Source of the DNA: Atractiella rhizophila
Lineage: Eukaryota
Length of the DNA stretch: 64,000 nucleotides
Assembly: GCA_021432655.1 (NCBI GenBank)
Contig: MU271332.1
Span: 20,944 to 84,943, forward strand
Direction of reading: 5' to 3'
Both the position numbers and the translations under genes were made by a program. This document shows, one piece after another, positions 12,301-23,356 of this stretch. The stretch's first letter is position 1, and every line of letters starts with the position of its first letter. The notes below the pieces were generated by a model. That model searched no databases. It was given only the letters and a program-made list of their open reading frames with translations, and was not told the origin of the DNA.

Positions 12301-14049
12301 TCATTGCGCCGTGATGGAGACTCGAGAGGTTCAGGGAGTTCTTCGGCTGGAGTGAAGAAGGGAATGTCCTCACTAAGAGGAACCGAATACGGAGACAAGA
12401 TCGGCGAGTCGGTAGCTTCCATGGTAGACTGGCGGGAATCGGGTAGAGGGAAATCGGCGGCTTGTTGTTCTGGAAATCCGTTAATGGTTGAATGATGGGA
12501 AGGTGGGAGGGGAATGTCGGCAGCACGGCGCTCGAGTCTCTTATTTGGAGGCCGCGGAGTGTCTTCAGACAGGTCCTGACAAACAATCAACCACAAAATG
12601 GATCATATAAAGATGTAACCTACCTCCTCAGCGATGGACGAAGTCCCGTTAGGAGTCCAAGAAGTAGTAGAAGAAGTTGAAAGCCTAGATTGAAAGCTCG
12701 AGCTATCCCTTAAATCGATACTACCAGATGCGACGCTTGGTTGCTCTTCCACCGGAACGGAGACCGATGCAGCCTCTGCCGCGGAGAGCTCGAAATGGCT
12801 GGAGGGAGGGGTATAAGGAGGAGCAGATCCTTGGGGTAAGCTGAGACCGGCATGAAAGCTCAAAGGAGAGCTGACGAAGAGATCGAGATCGGGACCTTTG
12901 GGCACATTGTCAGTCTGGGTCGGTTTGCTAGCCTGTCGCATCAACAATTTGGGTATCATCATGTGTTCCGCCGTTTGCACTCTCGATCGGGAGCTCACAC
13001 TGTGCGCTGGGGACCGATTGGGAGGAAAGCTCGACGTCTGTGATCGCGGCGGTGGTTGAGGAGGCTGATCGAAGTCTGGCAGCGCTCCCAAGTCCACCGA
13101 AACCCCGCGCGGCCGTCCCTTGGTGCTGTTGGGATCCGTCAGCTTCCTCGCTATTTTCGGAGCCCAGTTCTTGATCCTGCTGCTCAGACTCGAGCTGGAC
13201 GAACCACCACTAAGCAGGGACGGCCGTTCGGGGGCACCGTCGTCCTCCAGTCGCATAGCGGAAAGATTCGGAGTAGATGGATTGGGTCTGCGTGTGAAGG
13301 ACGAGGTCGTGGTGGGAGTGCTGGCGGCGGAGTTCTGACGTTGGCGTCTGATAAATGCAGAGAAGTGCCCCGCTGTCGGGTTGGCTGAGTTGGGAGTGGC
13401 AGGGGAGGCCAGCCTTGACCTCGTAGTTGTGGGGGAGTCGGAACGACCATCAACATCGACACTGGGCCGCCGACTTGTGCCGCTCATGCGGCTTTCAGCA
13501 CGATCCAGAACAACAGTCGGAGCGCTCTCAATTCCATGGTCCCTACTCATCCCGCTGCTCTCCGCTTTAAACAGCCATCAAAACCACGTCACCATTCACG
13601 AGGAGGGAACAGGACACACATAAGACCGAAGCCGGGCCAGGGCCACCAAAAAGCGCTTTGAGGGCTTTTGAAGACCTCTTCCTCGACTTTGAGACTTCAG
13701 GCGGTTCGAGGGTCGAGCGACTGCTGCCTGTTCGACTGGTTGACCTTCGGTTATCGTCGACTGGAGCGGAAGTTCCGTTGCTTTGGGACACGCGCGATTG
13801 GGCGCTGTTAGCTTGAGGGGTTACGGGTGAGTCTGAGGGCGAGAGCTGGGCGGAAGAGGAGGAGGATTCGGTGGACATCCTGCTGTCCATCACGGGCACT
13901 TGCGTCCCTGGACTCTCCATCTTGAGTGGAGCGAAGGCGGCGCTGCCCACTTGAGACACTGTTGGGCTGCTGGCGTTGACGTTGATGAATTTGGAGCGGA
14001 ATGGGTTGCCCCTTGCGAAGGGCGAGGCGGGAGTGCGAGAGTTGGACAT
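9385..14049 (-). CDS. Large S/P-rich protein with C-terminal fungal PH domain (YHR131C-like)
   Basis: ORFs 14049-13567, 13550-12603 and 12596-9936 plus short exons. Motifs EEEGREPLPRYSCDVHLEGYFYRKMEF...[46 protein letters not shown] and ATNIALDLDRRPLP. Final exon DAYSHAAQASAI*. Confidence 0.85.
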
Positions 14050-14555
14050 GTTGACGCCCTACAAGTCGAGGAATTCGAAAAATAAGGATGGCCTGATGAA
14101 ACTCAATGTTCCCCACTTGACCCATACCCAGAACTTCAGGAGCTCACCTCGCAGACGATCGTAGCCCAGTTCCGCAAGAATGACCGCGCCTGAGACAACA
14201 CTTGGGAGGTCGTCTGGGCTGGGTAAGAGGCCTGTCGAGGTCAAATGGCGCTGTGACGATGGCACGATTTCTGAATCCGATTTTCGGCCTTGTGCGAGAC
14301 TAAAACGAATACTAGGCCCCCCCCGCATCCTGTGCCGCATCCGACGCCCCATTCAGCCGGATAAGGAGACTGACCATTGTTTGCTCATTTCTTCTGTCAG
14401 CCTTCCCAATCAGCCATGACAGCAGGAGCGCTGAGTGGGCGCATGATATTTGGTCGACGTCGAAAAGACGGGCTGGAGGAAAGATGAATCATTGTTACAC
14501 ATTCCCACTTGATACGACAATATCATGTACAACAGCATTATCATCCTGTAAACAA

Positions 14556-17427
14556 TCAAACCAAGTCTTGGGGGTTCCCGTGGCGTGGCTTTTTGAGGTC
14601 CGAATGGAGTTGATTTGGTGTCTGTCCACGTTCGAATATCATCACATCAACTTTCATTCCTTGACGAGGAACAGTCAAGAACGAACCTGTACAACCTTCG
14701 TGCTCGTCGTCCATCCAGGCGGGATACAATTGCTCGGGTTCTCCAGCAAACGTGAAAGCGGAATAGCCATGATAGCTGTGCATCTCTCAGCATCCAGTGT
14801 CGGAACAACAATGGGAACGAACCCAGTTTGGGATACTTCTCTGAAGAAGCTACGAGCAAATCTACGATGTATCTAGCCTCCATCCTTCGCGCAAAGACGT
14901 CCTCTCCCGACAATCTTCTGACTTCCATATCCCGAATGAGCGTCCTCCCAACGAGACCCCAAATCTGTCCGCGAAAGCATCAGAATCCACAAAGAAGGAG
15001 AGGCAAAGAAGGTGAGGGAACACACGAAAGAAACGAAGGCGTTCGGAATGATGAATTTGTCCACAAAATCATCTTTATAAATCCAAAGCATGCTCAATAT
15101 AGCCTGCGCGCTCTCCAACGACCTCGCCATCGAAAAATCGTCCGGATCCATACTGAAGAACGGCGCGTGAAGACTGAGGATCCCACCGTGTGCGAGGATG
15201 TGGGCGATGATGAGATTCTGTCTTGCGTGCAGCGTTTGCTCCCGTATCGACTCCGCCCTGCCCAGTGTCAGGTCCTTCCATGGCTCGGGGAAGTTGCGTC
15301 GGAATTCGCGAAGCGTGCGATCCAGCTTCAGGAACTCGGGACTGGATGGGACAACTCCTAATTAGAGCAAACGCTTTTCTTTGACGCAGGAGAACGCACT
15401 GTGTACGGACTCGTGCGTTGTCGATAACATCTTCATCGTTAGCAGCTTCCCACGACTCAACCCCTAGCGTTCCATACTTGTCATCCAGCTGAAACCAAAC
15501 AAGGAGGAGACAAACTGACGCGCAAGGAACGTGGTGACCTTTGAAGCGAGCCAGACTGCCTTGAAGACGAGCAGGGAAGGTGTGACGATGTCGGTGGGAT
15601 TAAAGGAGGCAAAACGCTTCGAGGATGGAAGGAGGGCGGCAGCCATGTCTTCTGCTGACATTCGACATTTGACTTTTGTAGGGAAGGGGAGAGGTGATGA
15701 AATGTCGCTAATGGACAGCGAAGGTGCCCAGCCGGACATCATTGACGATGTGCGCTCCATGGTGAAGGACAACCAGAAGGTGAAAAGCCTGCGTTCCGTC
15801 ATTTAACAACTATTCCTACCCTCCATGACGTTAGACGTAGAATACCTACCGCTGATGCATCTCCTCCTCGTCCAACCTCGACGTCTTAGATTTCGGCAGC
15901 CGATCTATCCTATTCAAGCCTAAAGAAATGCAAATGCGCAAAGCAACACCGGGCAGGTTCCAAGTGTCCATCCAGGCCCCGCCCGTGTAGCAATAGAGCG
16001 TGGTAACGATGGCCGCCTGTGCGAGCTGTAAGGCTCGACGTTCTTTCACATCGCCCTTCTCCGCGTAATGCGGCGCGATGTCGAGTTTGAATTCCATGAT
16101 TGCTCGCTTCGCCCTCATGAAGTGATATTCGTACGGAGACTCGAATGGCTCCTGTTCCAGTCCAGCCCTCGCTCAGCACTTGACATTCGCAGCCAAGAGG
16201 AGAAAAACGAAACGAACCCAGTATTTGCGCTCTGAGATGAGCATGTACTGCAGTCGCTCCATAGGGCAGAGGATCTGACCTAAGGCGCATGAGGCGTGAA
16301 GGATGGCGAGGGTGGGAAAGTCTGCGTGTTTGGGTGGGAGGGAGAGATGGGACATGAACTTTGGCACGTTGAGCATAGCGGCGGCCAGATGGCTCTGTTT
16401 CAACATTGTCTCTGCCATCCATAGGTTTGTAAACATGAGCCGGCATTCGATGGGGGAGCAAAAGGGGAGATGGAAAACGGACCAATGAAGGAGACGACGA
16501 GATCGCGCCTGGGCAACTCGGTGGGCCAACCGCCGCCGTCTGATAAGGCTTGAGCATCGCTATCCGGGGAAGGAGCGGGAGAAGCGAGGGAGGAGGGGAA
16601 ACGTGTCTGCCGTGCTGAGTCTTGGAACTTGAGGGGGAGGAAGGGGAAACAGTAAGGTCGTGAGGCTCTCTCAGAGATGCAGAAGTTGGCTCCTGCTGCC
16701 GTGTCTGGTGTTGCGTTGTGCTTTTGTAGCGAGGTTAGAGTACCTTCTAGGAAGGCTGTCCGAGAATAAAATGAGCTCTGATATCATTCGAGTGCTAAAG
16801 ACAACAAGGAGAGATACTGACAGATTCGTTCTCGCATCAGCAGAAGGGACACATCGTCTTCTGCAACTTCCATCTCGACATCGTTCTCCGTGCTCAAGGA
16901 AGGATCGATAGCTATGATCGACTCTGGACTGTAGTTCTGTGGCGAAAGGTGGATATCATTCCTAGAAATACTAGCGAAAGAAGGGCCACTGAATGGCTCG
17001 TCGAGGCGTCTTCCATCCTCACCGCGGCCATTCGAGGGACGGGGGCGAGACGAGGGATAAGCAGAAGATAAAGGCGAGTTATGAAGCTGTTGGGGTGGAA
17101 GAACGTCAATGGCAGCGTTGAAAGAAGGTTGCGAGGAGGATGAGGGGACGGCGACGTCGTCGTAGGAGCATATTCGAGGCTTGACTGCCTCTCCTTTCCT
17201 ATGTCGCGGCGGCTTCGAGCATGGACCGCATGGTCTTCCTCCGTCGCAACGTATTTTTCGCTACAACAAAACAAAGCACGTCAGATAGGCTGGTTTGGTG
17301 ACTTTGAGGGACACACTTTGTGGCAGTTGGTGCAGGCCTCGTATCTTGTTTCCCTGTTCATTAACGTTCCCCCCGATGGATGAGAAACTCACCGTCCAAG
17401 TGTTCGCGGGCGGGTGGCGGTAGACAT
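14556..17427 (-). CDS. Zn(II)2Cys6 fungal transcription factor with middle homology (Fungal_trans) region
   Basis: Spliced N-terminus MSTATRPRTLGRYEA-CTNCHK|RKIRCDGGRPCGPCSKPPRHRKGEAVKPRIC gives six Cys. Downstream motifs WPTELPRRDL and LSLPPKHADFPTLAILHASCA. The cluster is split by introns, so the ORF track misses it. Confidence 0.88.
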
Positions 17428-17686
17428 GGCCTCTTCGTTCACTTGGTTGGTTGATGGAGCTGAGGTTATTCATGGCTTGCATCGGTCATTTAGACTCCGA
17501 TTTCGGCTACCGATTTCGGCATTTGGCATAACTTTATGATGCATTGAAGCTCATCAACAGTCATTAGAAGGCGCATCAACATCATCAACTCCCTTCCCTC
17601 GCCTTCTCGAACGATCGAAGATTGCTCATCGTCGGAGGATACCCTCGGCAGATAAGACCCTACCCGGCCACTCACGACGTGCCACG

Positions 17687-18980
17687 ATGCTCAAGAGGGT
17701 GTTCAACGAGTTTAAGGAGGACAACAGAGGCAAGAAGATGTTCGACAGACCCCTCTTCGGCACAGCTCCTCCTCCAAAAGAGAACCCCACAGCTTCATCC
17801 CCCGCCAGTGGCAAAGAGGGAGACGGCACGGGGCGCGAACAAGATCTGAAGGCGGAGGTGGAGGCGTTGAGGAGGAAGTTGGAAGAATCAGAGAAGGTCT
17901 GTCCCTCCCGTTTTACTGGCTCTTGCTGCTACGTAATGGGATGGTGGAACTGAAGTCGTGTGCTTACGGTTAGGAACGGAAAGCCCAGCGTCAGCAGGTT
18001 TACGAGCTGCAGGACGACCTGCGCACCCGTGAAGCGCTCCAGGACGACTTGTCGAACGCGAACGAGTCCCTGTCCAGCGAGCTATCGAAGGCCAAGAGCG
18101 AGATTTCGAACCTTTTGGCGAATTTGGACAAGGTGCCTCCGAATTATCATGCTCTGTTGGAGAGCTGGAAGAAGCAGAAGGACTTTGTGGAACAGCTCAG
18201 GGAATGTGTGGTGTGTCCGATGTGTTATGAATACTTGAAGAAGGAGCAGTGGGCAAGTTTGCGGTGTGTTTGCTTGGTGATCTGTATGTGGGGAATGGAA
18301 ATGACAGGAAGGATAGGTGCGGGCATTGCTTCTGCTTAGACTGCTTGGACAAGTACTCTGCCTCGCACAAGGTATGTCCTCCTCCCATCATTCCAGCAGA
18401 AGCCATGTCTGAATCCAACCCATCGCGCAGGATCAATGGAAGAAGAACCCTAACGTACAAGGCAGCTATCCAGGGTTCGTCCATCTCCTTTATTCCTCTC
18501 AAATCCCATATAATCCTAATCGAACATGATCCCAGGTACGACTGTCCCGAATGTCGCCTTCCCGTCTTCTCCGCCTCATCAAAAGATTCGCCCTTCGCGG
18601 CCGGGCATCCGGGTCTGAAGAACGGGATGTGGCGAGTGTGGATCCTGGAAGAGATCGTCCGTCATCTGGAGAAGAGGGAGGAGAAAGAAGAGAAGGAAAA
18701 GGAGGATTGGGAGAAGCAGCTCCAGGGCATGTTGAAGGGACAATCGTCAGTGGGGGAGAAGAAGGAACAGGAGGAGAAGATGGATGTCGATGAACCGGTC
18801 GAGAAGGATTATACCCTGTGAGCTCCTCTATTCCTCACTTACCATCGTCCTCGGCCTCGATGACTGACGCCTTGTTGGCACAGGAACTTGAGTGGCCGAG
18901 AGCGACATCCGTACTCATCTTCTCCTGCCCCCTCGCCTCTTTCAACCTCTCCGTTGGATTCATCTCCACCGTTAAATTGA
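17687..18980 (+). CDS. Coiled-coil plus RING finger (C3HC4-type) protein, putative E3 ligase
   Basis: CPMCYEYL...R|CGHCFCLDCL...YDCPECR preceded by a coiled coil. Last exon LNLSGRERHPY...PLN* ends at 18978-18980. Confidence 0.8.
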
Positions 18981-19262
18981 GAAAGCGGGAGCAGACAGCA
19001 TTAGTATTTATACCACCAATTGTAGATACGTTTAGACCCTTGTTCCTCCACCGTTTCCTCGCTGTCATCAGTGGTAGCAAATTTGTACAACGTCAGTCAA
19101 TGTACCATTTTTCAATACCACGCACTCTCATAAATTAAGCACAAGCGCAAGCAAGGAAGGGGTCGGGATGAGATCCCATTCAAAAAGGTTTCATTTCATC
19201 TTCATTCTCATTCGTTCTTTCATGCTTTCGACAAAACAAACAATCGCTCGCTCTCTAACACA

Positions 19263-20754
19263 TTATTCTGTCCTCCCACCAGCTCCTGCAGCCGCAGCTC
19301 CCTGCGCGCTATCCCTCCTCGCATGTCCGGCAGCGGGCTGATTGGGGACCTGGAGGATGGAGTTGGAGTATCTGAGGAGGAGCGCTCGGATGGTCTATGG
19401 GGCAGTAAAGAAACCCATCAGCGGAAAGACACAAGGGGGAGAAGTAGATTGGACGCACAGCGATTCCTTGTTTAACTTGAGGAGGAATTTGCGGGTTCGC
19501 GTTGATGCGCTCGACATAGGCCTGTGGGATCATTTAATCAGTGAGTTGAAGTGAGGGGAGAAGCCAAACGAACATTAATGGTCGTAAAGGCAGCTCGGGT
19601 TTGAGGAGAGAGGAAATAACGAAGGCGCAGGAAGTGGGCAAAGAGCAACGGAGCGACAATTCTGCATCAAGAATTTGTTAGCTCAAAGGGCATCAACATG
19701 GTTCGGGGACCGAACCCAGTGCCAAAGCGCGTGAAAAATCTAGACGCCGTTCAGACCGTTCAAGGGATTAACAGTTAAAGAGGACACGAACAAGACAACT
19801 CCAAGCAACAGTCTTCCCATGACAGCGACGGATTCAACATAGCTCACAAAAAGCATCTGTCCAAATTACTTCTCAGCTTCCCATTTGACAGGGTGATAAA
19901 CACCAAACGCACAGCTGTTTCGTAATTCGCCTTGATCCAGACCTGACAAACTCCACGTCAGCAGGCGGCAAAGAAGAAAAGACACGTAACGCACCTGCAA
20001 CTTTTGCGATGCAGCAGCTGCACCCGTAGCTGGAGCCGCGGAAGAGCCGGAAGGAGCTTTAGGGAGGACATTCGTGCGGATGAAAGTCACTAAAGGTAAC
20101 GGTGAGTGTCGAGAGGCAGCACACGTCAGGTACGCACAGGTATGGAAGAGGGAGAAAGTTGCAAAGGGCAACATTGTTACTGGAAGGACGTTAGTACTAA
20201 TTCCTCACGAGAGAGCAACACGGTACCATAGATTGGTGACTACCAAATAAGTTTGAGATGAGACCCTGACGGAGGATGCAGACTCACCCGTGTGTACCAA
20301 AAGATGGCAAGTGCCAGGTACTGCTCAGATGTCACCATCAAACATGCTATCAGCCTGAAAACGAACCTGAACGTTCTCATCCATCATAGCTTTCGTGAGA
20401 TAGGCTTTGTTGAGCGTAGGCGGGCCGATGCTCTTGTACTATTCTCGACTCCTCTCAACTTTTTCTGTTCCCAAACATGGCAGGAAACAACGCACGCAAA
20501 CGATTCCCCAGCTGACCATGGCTCCGAAATATGAAAACTTGTAGCTTTTCTGTCTATCTTGAAACTTTACGGCACCCAGGAGAGTGTATGCAGTTCCGAG
20601 CTGATCCACGCCATTCAGTTGAGCCCAAATGGGATAAATTGGGAAACGCACAAGAACAATAAGATGGCCCAAAGCCCATGCAAGGTGCAAGTATGATACT
20701 GGGAGGATATCAGCCCTGAAATGAAGGAATGCAAAGAAACTCGCCTTTTGCCAT
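19263..20754 (-). CDS. TMEM33/Pom33/Tts1 family ER and nuclear-pore membrane protein
   Basis: Spliced MAKVSYLHLAWALGHLIVL, YKFSYFGAMVSWGIVC, KAMMDENVQ|YLALAIFW, LPFATFSLFH and FAHFLRLRYFLS. More than 10 short exons. Confidence 0.85.
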
Positions 20755-20846
20755 ATTGAAGAGTTGGTTGAAGAAGTTGACCTCAACGTCACCCACATTC
20801 AGCCAAACATTCAGCAAATCAGGCCAACCATTTCAACCACCAAAAA

Positions 20847-21327
20847 ATGCGTCAGTGTATCTCTACTTGGGAGCTCATATTTCTCACAAGAGCATAGCGC
20901 CACGGTATTTCCCCTCTAGTTTGACGCGCCAAGATGCTCTCAAGCGGCAAGCGGTAGCAGCGAATGAAATTTCTCGTCGAGCATACCTTTACATCGCTCG
21001 CAACACCACGCTGCCAGGAATTGTGAGAGCACAAGCTATGCTGAAGCTAAACAGCTTTCCTATTGCTGTGCGTACTTATTGTTTTTGTATATGGGCGCGG
21101 GATTCAGTCTTCTGCTTTTTGGGATTAAGGCGAGGCCAGTTGCTGTCAACAATCGCTGTAAAGAAACCGGACGAGGCCGTGGTGTTTTTGGACACCTAGG
21201 GCTCTGCAGAGTACGTTTCCCTCATTCGCCCCTCCTTACAGCTTTTCTGATTCGAGGTCTGCAGTATCAACTTAAAATGCAGGTCGCAAAAGGTGCCGTT
21301 CCAGGATGGGAGAAAGCAAGTTGGTAG
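20847..21327 (+). CDS. MRP2: Mitochondrial ribosomal protein S14 (uS14m)
   Basis: RQDALKRQAVAANEISRRAYLYIARNTTLP...RAQAMLKL and NRCKETGRGRGVFGHLGLCR|YQLK...GAVPGWEKASW*. Confidence 0.92.
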
Positions 21328-23356
21328 ACCTCACCGCAACCCCTAATTCGACATCATGTCTATATCACCGCTTTGCCCAGCCAACTTGAAGTACCACTCC
21401 GTCGTCTCAGCAATCTCACGAGGTTACCGCCTCTGGGCATGAAGTATTGCATGTGTTCCGGTGAGCACATCATGTCAAGCTTCCAAAAGCCCTGTCCAAT
21501 CATACGTTTCGTTGTCCGAAAGATGTGCACGCTACTTCAATCTGTCATCGAGCAGGCATCGGGATCTTGTTGAGGCAGTTTCTGCTTTAAGTTCTCGCTC
21601 AGCGCGACAGTACTGCTTGTGCTGCTCTGTATGATGATCCATTTCTGCCTACTACCAAGGAATGATGAATTAGCTGCTATAAAGCAGAAACGTGTAATGT
21701 TGCGTTGATGTCTTACCATTTTTCAGAGGGCTCGATACCTCCGAAATATTCGTCCGCAGTCGCATGTTGGCCAAAAAATGTCATGAAGGCGACAAAGCTT
21801 CGCCATTCCATCATTTGCGGTGATTGTCGCGATGGAATGGAACGTGTCGAGCTTTGCATCGATGCCGATTCATCTTTGCTCAAAGAGACATAGAAACGGG
21901 CCTGACCCGCCTTCTCCTTGCGTGCTCTTGTTTCTCGCCGTTGCCTATGCTTGACTTCAGCTTTCAAGTTGTTGCTGAGGTGCCGAGAGGGTCAAAAAGA
22001 CAAAGAGTAGTCATGCCTATCCAACGAAATGATGGATTCGAAGCAGCGTTTCTTGGGAGGCGTTTGAACAGAGATTCAAAGAAATATGGAGGAATCGTCG
22101 GCCGCCTGCACCAGTGCCTTGTAGCTGGATTTGGCAAATTCAAGGAAGAATGATGAACTGTCTAGAAGACCACAAGATCTGACCAGTAGTCAATAAGAAA
22201 CGGTTGAGTGGATCATAATAGATCTCACCCGAGCCAGAATCTGCGGAGGGTATTCGACAGTAGAGAATGAGCACGGTTACGAGGTTGATTCCCGAAGAGC
22301 ATGGGGAGACTTACTCATCAGCGTTACATTTGTCCTCTTGGAGTCAAGCTAAACCCCCTCTTCTCCTTCATTCACCTCGACCCAACTTTGGATGCGGGCT
22401 CATAACTAATATTGTCCTGTTACAGTCCTTCAATTAGAGCTCAGACTGAGTTAGGATCTTCTCCTTCCTCAACCTATTTGCTTGGCCAATTTCTGCAGGT
22501 TCCAAACAGTCCCTTCTTGAATACAGCCCCTTCTTGAATGGAACTTGAATCTATACCAATTTGTGGTTTCACAAATACCCGTCTTCAGTTCCCAGTTGAT
22601 CGTGATTAGCATTAGAACCAAGAAGTCGCAAACGTCGTACCGTGACCCGAGTGCGTTCTTTGGGGGAACTAACATGAACCATTTCCTGACTTAAAGGCTC
22701 GGAAGACGTTTCGAAGATCACACTGAACCCTGAGAGGGATTGGCGCCCACCAATGATGATAGAACAGGGAGTTTGGAAAATGCACGGCTTGGGTATCTTT
22801 GCTAGATGATCGCAAAAAGGAAGTTGTGGAACAGACTACCGTCTTGTGGTAGATAGGCAGAATAGAACTGAAGAAGAGAAGAGAAGAGAGAAGAGAAAGC
22901 TAGGAGAAGAAGAGATGAGGGACGGTACCATCTTCTCTTCTCCGACCCAAGGTGAAGAAGGAGCGAGAACAGCGACGAGTGTCATGATCGTGTGAGGACT
23001 GGAGGGGAAGAGCCTGAGGATAGGTACGACTGAATGAGGAAGAAGGGAAGAGAAGAACCAATCGATTGAAAAGAGGAACAAATCAAAATTCACACTCTTC
23101 AAAGCCTCCATTGAATCACAACGAAGGATGAAGAAGAAGAAAGAAGTGTATGTGAGATGAAAACGAGGAGGCCAGGGAAAAGAGAACACTGTGTAGGTAA
23201 AAAATACAGGCTACATGATGTTCATTGAAAAATAAGCAACCAATCAATCTCAGCCTTGCGCGTCAATCTGATGAAAAAATCCATCCATCCATCGATAAAT
23301 CGTTCCAGCACTCCCGTTCAAATCAGTCAAACAATCCAAAGTCCATGCCCTTCAAC

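Noticed and set aside
10477..13623. Many plus-strand ORFs opposite the PH gene (similarly opposite 27723-31004 and Nem1)
   Set aside because: They are antisense shadows of S/P-rich coding sequence.
22860..23190. Purine-rich tracts (GAAGA repeats) and a 117-aa F/S/L-rich ORF
   Set aside because: This is low-complexity sequence downstream of ras2, and the ORF simply reflects base composition.
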